NCBI GenBank assembly: GCA_050014415.1
Contig: JBEKDJ010000002.1
Location: forward strand, 1 to 48,576
Direction: 5' to 3'
DNA length: 48,576 nt
From: Thermodesulfobacteriota bacterium
GTDB lineage: Bacteria; Desulfobacterota; BSN033; UBA1163
Shown here piece by piece: positions 35,922 to 43,936 of this stretch. The translations under genes and the position numbers were made by a program. How positions within the stretch are numbered: position 1 is the stretch's first letter; each line of letters starts with the position of its first letter. Under the pieces are notes generated by a model. It saw nothing but the letters and a program-made list of their open reading frames with translations. It made no database searches and had not been told where the DNA came from.

Positions 35922-36362
35922 TTTCAAAAGCTTCTCATAGTGTTTGCCTTTGCCAACGATTTCTATAGACCTGGTCTGCTTCCCTGTATAGCGGATTTGT
36001 ATCCAAATGAGTTCTCTTAGAAGAAGTGATGGAATTCTGTCTGCCCATTCAATCGCCGTGATCCCCTCACCCCCCAGATACTCCTCCAAACCCAGTTCCT
36101 CAGCCTCCTTCTCTTCTCTCAACCGGAAAAGATCGATATGGTAAAGGGGCATCTTTCCTGTGTACTCGTTGATCAACGTAAAGGAGGGGCTTGAAATGTA
36201 ACGGGTGTCCCGAACCCCCGCCCCTGCAGCAAGGCCTTTGATGAATTGGGTCTTTCCTGTCCCCAATTCACCCACCAAGGCGACCACATCTCCTCGCAAA
36301 AGAAGACTTCCAAGCCTTTTCCCAATTCGGATCGTCTCTGAGGTACTCCTGGTCTGGAAGGC
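35886..36362 (-). CDS. tsaE: tRNA t6A37 biosynthesis ATPase TsaE (YjeE)
   Basis: VALVGELGTGKTQFIKG P-loop, SPSFTLINEY, LYHIDLFRL, IEWADR. GTG 36362 preferred; the ORF to 36416 reads through a repeat array. Confidence 0.85.
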   Translation of the reverse strand, partial: AFQTRSTSETIRIGKRLGSLLLRGDVVALVGELGTGKTQFIKGLAAGAGVRDTRYISSPSFTLINEYTGKMPLYHIDLFRLREEKEAEELGLEEYLGGEGITAIEWADRIPSLLLRELIWIQIRYTGKQTRSIEIVGKGKHYEKLLKEFGIRSAECGM

Positions 36363-36370
36363 CACTTTTC

Positions 36371-36450
36371 CAATTTGAGATTTAGGATTTGGGATTTCAA
36401 ATTTCAGATTTTTCAATCTGCAATCTACAATCTGCCATTTGAAATTGCAG
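36371..36450. repeat. type I heptad-word array (NNATTTN x6, then AATCTNN x4-5)
   Basis: caatttg agattta ggatttg ggatttc aaatttc agatttt, then aatctgc aatctac aatctgc. Shares exact GCAATCTACAATC (36420-36432) with 40376-40388. Confidence 0.6.
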
Positions 36451-36451
36451 T

Positions 36452-36925
36452 CTAGGCCTTGTACTTAAAATCCTCCGGATTAAGATTTTCCAGCCATTCC
36501 TTCAATTGGTCGCCTTCCTTCTCCATGTCGATGGTCCGCGCCTTTTCGATCACCTGATCCGAGACAAAGATCGGAGCATCTACAGCGAGGGCGATGGCAA
36601 TTGCGTCACTGGGCCGAGAATCGATGATGATCTCTGCTCCTCGCCTCATAAGGTGGATCAATGCATAGTAGGTATTTTCCTTCAGGTCATTCACGATGAT
36701 TTTCACAACCTGAGATTCAAGGGTATTGAGAATACTATGGATCAAATCATGGGTCATAGGCCGATGGGAGCCTATCTTCTTCAATTTCATGGCGATCGCA
36801 TTGGCTTCAAAAGGTCCAATCCATATGGGAAGCCCCGTTTTATTCGATAGGTCCATCAAGAGGACGACGAATCCATTCGATGTGGAATCGAAAGTCAAGA
36901 ATTTCACTTTCATTTCGACAAACAT
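36452..36925 (-). CDS. bifunctional nuclease family protein (BFN / DUF151)
   Basis: LPIWIGPFEANAIAMKL, RPMTHDL, NTYYALIHL and IDSRPSDAIAIAL are hallmark DUF151 motifs. Confidence 0.85.
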   Translation of the reverse strand: MFVEMKVKFLTFDSTSNGFVVLLMDLSNKTGLPIWIGPFEANAIAMKLKKIGSHRPMTHDLIHSILNTLESQVVKIIVNDLKENTYYALIHLMRRGAEIIIDSRPSDAIAIALAVDAPIFVSDQVIEKARTIDMEKEGDQLKEWLENLNPEDFKYKA

Positions 36926-36977
36926 CCTCTTCTCCTTTCACAGACGAATTCCGATCAGACTCGTGCCCTTATCAGGA

Positions 36978-38123
36978 TCAACGAAATCTCAAAGCAGCGC
37001 CCACTCCGTCGCTCTCTCTTAAGATGGTATTCTCTTCAACCCATTTGACCTCTCCGTCCTGACGGAGGGTTGACCTCACCATCTCTTCTCCGAGGTTGAC
37101 AATCTTCATCTCTTCTTTGCAGAGTGGGCAATGGGCGGACGGGTCACCCGGAGAAGGGATCAGGACAAGAGAACTGCATCGGTGGCACTTTCCTCCTGAA
37201 TGAGAAAACGATGTCACGAGATAGAGTGTCTGGATCTGTCCTCCATTCAAGGCCTCCAATGTTCCGTTTAGACCGAAGGTGGACAACCCACCCTTGGGGC
37301 TCCTCTCCTTCAACTCCTCGATCTGCCTGGAGACTTCCTGGCTCTCCTTCTGGAGGAGACGTTCGAAAACCCGCTTCAACACTTTTGAACGTTCCTCTGA
37401 AAAATCGATGGAGAAAGTATCCGCGATCTGCTGTTTGATTCGTTCAGGAAGGAAGGCTCTAAAATTGGCCACGATCCGTTCTTGGCCGATCAGGACCACC
37501 CGTTTCCATTTCCCGGAATCGAAGAGTTCGGTGAGTTGCTCGGCCACCTCTCTGTGATGTTTATCCATATGATCTTTGATGTGACGCTGGTACCTCATCT
37601 GGGCCCATCCTCCTTGATCGTGGCGTCCGGGGACATAACTCTCGATGGAGGATTCGGCCATCAGACCCTCCAGCGAGACTTCAAACAGCTTAGCCGAGTC
37701 CGTATCCACCATGACAGCCAATGTACCTTGATACTGAGAAGACAGGCGGACAAGAGGTTGGAGGGCGGGGAGATCGGAGATAACGCATTCATTTTCAAAA
37801 GGGACGATTGAAGGGTAGGTAAGAAAAACCCCATTGCCACTACAGGAGAAGATCGCCAGCCCATTTACCCCCTCATCATAGGAACGTCGAACCAACCCCT
37901 CCACGTACTTCTCAATCTGTTTTTGGTCTTCGGCAAAGGTCTTTCGCCAATCCTCTCGATCTTTAAGTTGATCATGGATCCTCTTCAGCTGATTTTTCGT
38001 GAAAAGTCGTATCCGTTCCCGCTGTTGCTCGTCATCCTGTTTCGTATTGAGATAGAGGGACACGAAAGGATAGGGACTTTCTTCGATCCGGGCCAATCTC
38101 TTGATCTCACTCTTTATGTCCAT
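36978..38123 (-). CDS. bacterial eRF1/Pelota-like (baeRF-type) protein with C-terminal Zn-ribbon insert
   Basis: PGRHDQGGWAQMRYQRHIKDHMDKHHREVAE aligns without gaps to the eRF1 GGQ-loop region [30 protein letters not shown]; Gln is replaced by Trp. CHRC-x17-CPLC near the C-terminus. Confidence 0.75.
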   Translation of the reverse strand: MDIKSEIKRLARIEESPYPFVSLYLNTKQDDEQQRERIRLFTKNQLKRIHDQLKDREDWRKTFAEDQKQIEKYVEGLVRRSYDEGVNGLAIFSCSGNGVFLTYPSIVPFENECVISDLPALQPLVRLSSQYQGTLAVMVDTDSAKLFEVSLEGLMAESSIESYVPGRHDQGGWAQMRYQRHIKDHMDKHHREVAEQLTELFDSGKWKRVVLIGQERIVANFRAFLPERIKQQIADTFSIDFSEERSKVLKRVFERLLQKESQEVSRQIEELKERSPKGGLSTFGLNGTLEALNGGQIQTLYLVTSFSHSGGKCHRCSSLVLIPSPGDPSAHCPLCKEEMKIVNLGEEMVRSTLRQDGEVKWVEENTILRESDGVGAALRFR

Positions 38124-38196
38124 ATGGAACTCTCCGAGGAGAAAACAAGTCAGGTTCTGAGGCGAATGAATAACGACAGAGATTGAGGATAGTCTT

Positions 38197-38224
38197 ATTA
38201 TAATGAAGAATAATTGAAAATCAA
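38197..38224 (-). promoter_or_regulatory. near-consensus sigma-70 promoter for the eRF1-like/nuclease cassette
   Basis: Minus strand: TTGATT (38224-38219), 16-nt spacer, TATAAT (38202-38197). About 70 nt upstream of ATG 38123. Confidence 0.5.
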
Positions 38225-38345
38225 CTCAAGGGCTCTATCGGGCCCAAAGGCTCATAGCCAAATCCTGGACCGAAGGCTCGAAATTAATACGGAGCGACGC
38301 TTTTGACCCCACTCCCAAAGACCGGAGTTTGGCACCGCCGAAGCA

Positions 38346-39899
38346 TCAAATTCTTCTTTCAAGTAGGGCAGGGATTTTTTGAATAAGATCGGTCGCTATC
38401 AGAGATTTCTCTCCTTTTTCCAGAGCGATCTCATCGCCGGCCAATCCATGGAGATAGACAGACATCTGAAGGGAGGGAAGGATGTCAAACCCTTGGCAGA
38501 TCAATCCCCCGATCATCCCGGTGAGCACATCTCCTGTTCCCCCTGAGGCCATTCCTGGATTGCCTGACGGGTTGATAAAGATCTCCCCTTTGGGAGTGGC
38601 GATCAGGGTACGATGTCCTTTGAGGACGAGATGAACGTGTCGGGACTGGGAGAAGTTTCTGCTGATACCGATCCGATCTTCTTGGACTTCTCTGGGAGTG
38701 GATCCGATCAGCTTTGCCATCTCTCCAGGATGGGGTGTCAGGATGAGGGATCGGTTCATGGCAGGAAGGATTTTGGGCTGTGTTGCCAGAGCGGTTAACC
38801 CATCGGCATCGAGAACGATTGGGAGATTCAAGGTCTTGATCAGTTTGAGGATGAGCGACTGGGTTTCCTTAGTCGTCCCGATCCCCGGACCAATGATCAC
38901 AGCCTTCTTGTTTTCGCAGAGGTGAAGGATGGAGTTTAAGGCCCGGAGACTCAGGGTCTGCTTAGGGGTTTCGGGGAGAGGTTCTGTCATCACCTCAGTC
39001 AGTTTCACCTCCATGATTGCATTCAGGCTCTTTGGGATGGCTAGGGTGACCAGACCTGCCCCCATCCTGAGAGCAGCTTCACACGCCATGGCCGCTGCTC
39101 CGGTCTTGCCAACCGATCCGGCGATGACGAGAAGGTGCCCGTAATCTCCCTTATGGGTTTCCGGCCGTCGCTGCACCGAGAGCCATCTTCTAATGTCGCC
39201 GCTTTCCAGAAGAAACGTCTGGAATCTCTCCTCCTCTACCAGCCTCTTGGGGATGCTGATATCGATGATTTTTAACTCTCCTGTATAGTCGATTCCTGGA
39301 GAGATGAGATGTCCGACTTTCGGCAGACCGAAGGTAACAGTGAGCGAAGCCCGAATCGCCGTCCCGAGTGGTTTGCCGGTATTGGCATCTAACCCAGAGG
39401 CAATGTCGACTGCGACCATCGGCTTCTGAAGACTGTTGAGGTGGTCGATCACCTCTCGATAATAACCTCGGACCTCGGCATCCAGTCCCGTGCCGAAGAT
39501 GGAGTCGATCAGGAGATCAAACTTCTCCAGATCCTTCTTGATCTTTTGGTAATCTTTGGAAGAGGGAACAGAGACGACCTCTCCTTTCATGCGAAGGAAG
39601 ATCTGGAAATTGGTCTCTGCATCCCCTCGGAGAGCTTTCGGGTCAGCGAGGAGAAAGGCCTTCACCGGAATCCCTCGATTCAGAAGGTATCGACCGATCA
39701 CAAAACCATCTCCCCCATTATTTCCCTTTCCGGCGATGATCGCTGCTTTCTTCTTCAGAATATCCGGAAAGGCATTGGAGATGACCTCGGCGGCTCCTCT
39801 CCCTGCATTCTCCATCAGGACGATTCCAGGAATTCGGTATGTCTCAATGGCCTTCCGATCCAATTCTTGCATCTGCTCAGCGGTTGCGACCTTCATCAT
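38346..39899 (-). CDS. nnr: bifunctional NAD(P)H-hydrate repair enzyme (epimerase + ADP-dependent dehydratase)
   Basis: 517 aa. YjeF_N (GKGNNGGDGFV) and carbohydrate-kinase-type C-terminal half (GGTGDVLTGMIG). Confidence 0.92.
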   Translation of the reverse strand: MMKVATAEQMQELDRKAIETYRIPGIVLMENAGRGAAEVISNAFPDILKKKAAIIAGKGNNGGDGFVIGRYLLNRGIPVKAFLLADPKALRGDAETNFQIFLRMKGEVVSVPSSKDYQKIKKDLEKFDLLIDSIFGTGLDAEVRGYYREVIDHLNSLQKPMVAVDIASGLDANTGKPLGTAIRASLTVTFGLPKVGHLISPGIDYTGELKIIDISIPKRLVEEERFQTFLLESGDIRRWLSVQRRPETHKGDYGHLLVIAGSVGKTGAAAMACEAALRMGAGLVTLAIPKSLNAIMEVKLTEVMTEPLPETPKQTLSLRALNSILHLCENKKAVIIGPGIGTTKETQSLILKLIKTLNLPIVLDADGLTALATQPKILPAMNRSLILTPHPGEMAKLIGSTPREVQEDRIGISRNFSQSRHVHLVLKGHRTLIATPKGEIFINPSGNPGMASGGTGDVLTGMIGGLICQGFDILPSLQMSVYLHGLAGDEIALEKGEKSLIATDLIQKIPALLERRI

Positions 39900-40278
39900 T
39901 GCTCCCCTCTAACAGAACATGGGCCACGGCGTACGGCCGATCGTGGGAAAGGGTGATAAGAGCCTTCTGGATCCGGCACGTTTCGAGGACTCCCTTTGCC
40001 TTCCGATGGAAGGCGAGTAAAGGCTTCCCCATCGGATCGTTTTCCACCTCGATATCCGTCCACTGGATACCATGTCGGAGTCCCCAACCGATCGCTTTGA
40101 GAAAGGCCTCCTTGGCCGCGAACCGTGTAGCAAAACATTCTGGAGGTCTGGCCCGTCGCTGGCACCAGGCGATCTCCCTCTCCGTAAAGACCCGACCGAG
40201 GAAGAGGGTTCCCCAGCGCGTGATGAGGCGTTCGATCCGGTCGATGTTCACAATATCAATGCCTGTTCCGACAATCAT
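39877..40278 (-). CDS. acpS: holo-[acyl-carrier-protein] synthase
   Basis: MIVGTGIDIVNIDRI, FAAKEAFLKA, ITLSHDRPYAVAHVLLE. Overlaps the nnr start by 23 nt. Confidence 0.9.
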   Translation of the reverse strand: MIVGTGIDIVNIDRIERLITRWGTLFLGRVFTEREIAWCQRRARPPECFATRFAAKEAFLKAIGWGLRHGIQWTDIEVENDPMGKPLLAFHRKAKGVLETCRIQKALITLSHDRPYAVAHVLLEGSNDEGRNR

Positions 40279-40282
40279 CGCT

Positions 40283-40400
40283 AGATTTCAGATCTCGAAT
40301 TGCGGATTTCGGAATGAAAAACAGATCATTCTGCAATGGTGAATCTCAATTCAGAATTTCTTTTTCAATTATTCCGCAATCTACAATCCGCAATTCATTT
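40283..40400. repeat. type I word element bounded by 12-bp perfect inverted repeats
   Basis: GAATTGCGGATT (40297-40308) and AATCCGCAATTC (40385-40396), with heptad words in between (attccgc aatctac aatccgc aattcat). Confidence 0.6.
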
Positions 40401-41108
40401 AATAAGAGCGATCATCTCCCGAACGGCACGATCCAGGCCCACCAGGATCGCACGGGCGATAATGCTATGACCGATATTGAATTCTTCGATCTCTTTGATT
40501 TCTGCCATCCGTTGAACGTTGACATAATTGAGACCGTGTCCTGCTGCAATCTGGAGATCTCGGTGGGAAGCCTCCGCGACTGCATCGAGGATCTTCTTGA
40601 GTTCTTCATCTGCCTCGGCAGGGGTCTTCGCATCACAGTAGTGACCCGTATGAATTTCGATGGCACTCGCTCCCACCCGTTCGGAGGCCTTGATCTGGTC
40701 ACTTCTGGGATCGACAAAAAGGCTGACGGGGATTCCCCCTTTTTGGAGCCGCTGAATTGCTTTCTTAATGGACTGAAAGGATTTGATCACGTCGAGGCCG
40801 CCCTCGGTCGTCAACTCTTCCCTCTTTTCAGGCACAAGGGTCACGATGTTTGGTTTAGTAGCCAAGGCCATTTGGATCATCTCTTCTGTAGCGGCCATCT
40901 CCAGATTTAGACGGGTCTGTATGACCTCCCTGAGAAGTCGGAGGTCCCGATCCTGGATGTGGCGTCGATCCTCTCTTAGATGGGCGACAATCCCATCTGC
41001 TCCCGCCAATTCCACGATTGCAGCGGCGGCAATGGGATCAGGATACATTAACCCACGGGCTTGTCTCACGGTGGCCACGTGGTCGATATTGACACCCAGT
41101 CTCGGCAT
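40395..41108 (-). CDS. pdxJ: pyridoxine 5'-phosphate synthase
   Basis: LGVNIDHVATVRQARG, AHLREDRRHI, IEIHTG, GHGLNY motifs. Confidence 0.93.
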   Translation of the reverse strand: MPRLGVNIDHVATVRQARGLMYPDPIAAAAIVELAGADGIVAHLREDRRHIQDRDLRLLREVIQTRLNLEMAATEEMIQMALATKPNIVTLVPEKREELTTEGGLDVIKSFQSIKKAIQRLQKGGIPVSLFVDPRSDQIKASERVGASAIEIHTGHYCDAKTPAEADEELKKILDAVAEASHRDLQIAAGHGLNYVNVQRMAEIKEIEEFNIGHSIIARAILVGLDRAVREMIALIK

Positions 41109-41134
41109 CGTTCCTCCCAGAAATCTCTAATCTG

Positions 41135-42505
41135 CTATCGGCTACTAGCTTCCTTACCAATGTATTTCTTAACTAATTCCACAAGGTCCTGGGCATATTG
41201 ATGGAGCTTCGTCTCATCTTCACCCTCGACCATGATCCGGAGAAGAGGCTCAGTCCCTGAGTAGCGAATCAAGATTCGGCCGGACTGGCCCAGCGATCCC
41301 TCAATCTTCTTAATCCTCTCATCAATCGCCCGAGACTCGGAGAGGTCTTTTCTTTCTCTTACCTCGACGTTATAGAGTACCTGGGGAAGAGGTTCCATGA
41401 CTTTAGCCAATTCATCCAGCGGTCGTCTCTTTTGTTTCATGATGGCCAAAACCTGGAGGGCCGTGAGAATGCCGTCGCCGGTCGTATTATAATCTAAGAA
41501 GATGGTGTGGCCCGATTGCTCTCCTCCCAGGTTAAAATCTCCTCGGACCATCTCTTCGACAACATAACGATCTCCCACCCGGGTTCGAACCACTTTTCCT
41601 CCTGCTTCTTTTATGGCTCGATCCAGCCCCATGTTACTCATGACCGTAGTGACTAAAGTGCCCTTCCTCAATCGTTTTTTTGACAGTAGTTGAAGGCCGC
41701 AGATGGCCAGGATATGATCTCCATCCACCAGTTTCCCATGGCGATCCACAAAGACAATCCGATCCGCATCGCCATCGAGCGCCATTCCGATATCCGCCCT
41801 TTTCTCAAGGACGAGGCGACTGATTACCTCCGGGTGAAGGGAACCACAATCTGCATTGATATTCTCCCCATCGGGCTCTACGCCGATAGGGATTATCTCT
41901 GCCCCCAATTCCTCGAAAACGGCGGGTGCCACCCGATAGGCGGCCCCATTGGCGCAATCCAAGGCGATCCGAAGCCCATCCAGCGTCAGATCGTTAGGGA
42001 AGGTGTTTTTGAGGAAAACGACATACCTCCCAATCGCGTCATCGATCCGGTAGGCTTTTCCGACTTCGTTGGCAGTCGGTCGCAGGGAATGGAGGTGATT
42101 CGAGAGGACCAATTCTTCGATCTGATGTTCCATTTGGTCGGGGAGTTTGAAACCATCCTGGGAAAAGATCTTAATCCCGTTGTCATAATAAGGATTGTGG
42201 GAAGCTGAGATTACCACCCCAGCGTTTGCTCTCATACTGGTTGTGATGAAAGCAATACCGGGGGTCGGTAGTGGTCCTACCAGCATCACATCAGCTCCCA
42301 TCGAGCAGATGCCAGAGGCGAGAGCCGTCTCCAACATATATCCTGACAGTCGGGTATCTTTGCCGACCACAATCCGATGTCTTCCCTTGACCTCCTTAAA
42401 AAGGTGGGCAACGGCCCTACCGAGTTGCAAGGCTATTTCGCCGGTCATCGGGTCCACATTAGCGACGCCCCTTATCCCGTCTGTCCCGAATAATTTCCGC
42501 CTCAT
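41135..42505 (-). CDS. glmM: phosphoglucosamine mutase
   Basis: [13 protein letters not shown] start, active-site [29 protein letters not shown] 42505 preferred over the extended ORF to 42577. Confidence 0.93.
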   Translation of the reverse strand: MRRKLFGTDGIRGVANVDPMTGEIALQLGRAVAHLFKEVKGRHRIVVGKDTRLSGYMLETALASGICSMGADVMLVGPLPTPGIAFITTSMRANAGVVISASHNPYYDNGIKIFSQDGFKLPDQMEHQIEELVLSNHLHSLRPTANEVGKAYRIDDAIGRYVVFLKNTFPNDLTLDGLRIALDCANGAAYRVAPAVFEELGAEIIPIGVEPDGENINADCGSLHPEVISRLVLEKRADIGMALDGDADRIVFVDRHGKLVDGDHILAICGLQLLSKKRLRKGTLVTTVMSNMGLDRAIKEAGGKVVRTRVGDRYVVEEMVRGDFNLGGEQSGHTIFLDYNTTGDGILTALQVLAIMKQKRRPLDELAKVMEPLPQVLYNVEVRERKDLSESRAIDERIKKIEGSLGQSGRILIRYSGTEPLLRIMVEGEDETKLHQYAQDLVELVKKYIGKEASSR

Positions 42506-42603
42506 CTCTTTCCCGTGCCTTCCAGCAGGCACCATGCCTCTCTTTTGAGACTTCTTCATCGTTACCATCGTTACCATAAATCCTTAGAAAAGGCAAGCAA
42601 GGG

Positions 42604-42689
42604 GGGTAAGAATAGGGACATATTCCATTTATTAGAATGAGGCCACCTGTTATTAGGATGAAAAATGGGATGTGTCCCTATTCTTACCC
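42604..42689. repeat. 17-bp perfect inverted repeat with a 52-nt loop in the folP-glmM spacer
   Basis: GGGTAAGAATAGGGACA (42604-42620) and TGTCCCTATTCTTACCC (42673-42689). The right arm contains the stop codon of the restored folP frame. Confidence 0.5.
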
Positions 42690-43830
42690 GGCTAGGCGAA
42701 TCGCATCGGCAACGGCAAGTGTCTTTTTTGCCTGGAGTACGTCATGGCATCGGACGATATGAGCGCCATTGAGAGCTGCGATGGCGATGCTTGAAAGAGT
42801 TCCCTGATGTCCCCAAGAGTATTGGTCTACCAAGTACCCGGAATTCCGAGAGATTTTTTATGATTTGGAGGTTGTCCTCAAGGGTCTTTCCAAAGCCAAT
42901 CCCTGGATCGATGATGATCTGTTGCGGGTCTAATCCGGCAGATTCTGCTTTGTGAATGGAGTCTTTCAGGTATTGGAGTATTTCAGAGAAAAGAGAGTCA
43001 TAGCGGACATCCTTCTGCATCGTTTCTGGGGTTCCTCGGATGTGCATCAGGATTAGGGGGATATCTCCCTTTGCAGCCACCTGAGCAAGCTCAGGGTCAA
43101 AGTGTAATCCAGTGATATCATTTATGATTTCAGCCCCTGCCTCCAAGGCTTTCCGGGCCACTGCCGATTTGTAAGTATCTACGGAAATCGGAATATCTAT
43201 CTCTTTGGCAAGGGATTCAATCACAGGCATAATCCGACGTAATTCCTCTTCCAATCCAAGGGGTTTTGAACCTGGCCTGGTGGATTCCCCTCCGATGTCC
43301 AAGAGATCCGCTCCCTCTTCGACCATTTTCAGACCATGAGCAATAGCCTTTTCCTTGATGAAGTAGAGGCCGCCGTCTGAAAAGGAATCAGGAGTGACGT
43401 TGAGAACCCCCATCAAGAGGGTTCGCCCTCCCAACGTGAATGTCCGCTTCCGACAGCGTATGGAGAAATGAGTTCTTGAGACATTGTCGAGGGTTTCCTC
43501 TAGGCATTGGCCAAGGGGCTGGAGGTGGGGATTTCGGTCCAATTTGAGGATCAGTTCTTCAAACTGATTTCGGATGCCCATGAGAATGACGTCGGTCGAT
43601 CCGATGCTACAGTCGAGCCCCCTCGCGTCGACAGCAGCATCGCCACCCAAGGAGAGCATCTCCTGTTTTAGAAGATTGGCAGTCCGCGGGTCGATCCCTT
43701 CCACCTTGAAATTGAATTGAAGGGTCTTTCCTTTCACCCACTCCATGCCAGTGGCATCCACCCCCACCTTTTCCATTTGATAGAGGGCGTCTCCGGCGTT
43801 GGTGATGTTAAGGCACCGTATTAAGTTCAT
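42684..43830 (-). pseudogene. folP: dihydropteroate synthase with N-terminal extra domain; 3' part disrupted by an out-of-frame internal deletion
   Basis: Core motifs LMGVLNVTPDSFSDGG, DIGGESTRPG and IIDPGIGFGK are intact. After LLGTS (42810-42805) the frame breaks. The conserved tail GTLSSIAIAALNGAHIVRCHDV...RLAG continues in another frame to the stop at 42684-42686. The SRKSF(IG...ER) segment is missing. Confidence 0.75.
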
Positions 43831-43936
43831 CGAACCAATCTAGCTGCTTGAAAAGAGCATGCCTCCGGCTGCCTCTAAGTGGCCTCTAATCGTGAAATTC
43901 CAACCTGTGGTTTTTTGGTGCTTGGGATTTGGAGAC

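Noticed and set aside
38321-38336. Sigma-54-like TGGCACcgccgaaGCA (GG-N10-GC) on the plus strand
   Set aside because: No plus-strand gene lies downstream; it faces into the 3' end of nnr, which is on the minus strand. The -12 element is poor (AAGCA). Probably chance.
41575-41595. tRNA-like GGTTCGAACC T-loop-type string
   Set aside because: It is embedded in the glmM coding sequence with no flanking acceptor, D or anticodon arm complementarity. No tRNA genes were found in the window.
42506-42577. Extended glmM start with three in-frame ATGs created by a tandem 9-bp repeat (ATGGTAACG x2 + ATG)
   Set aside because: GlmM proteins normally begin right at the M[12 protein letters not shown] motif, which here is ATG 42505. 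The upstream extension is basic, non-conserved-looking sequence. The tandem repeat is noted but is probably leader sequence.
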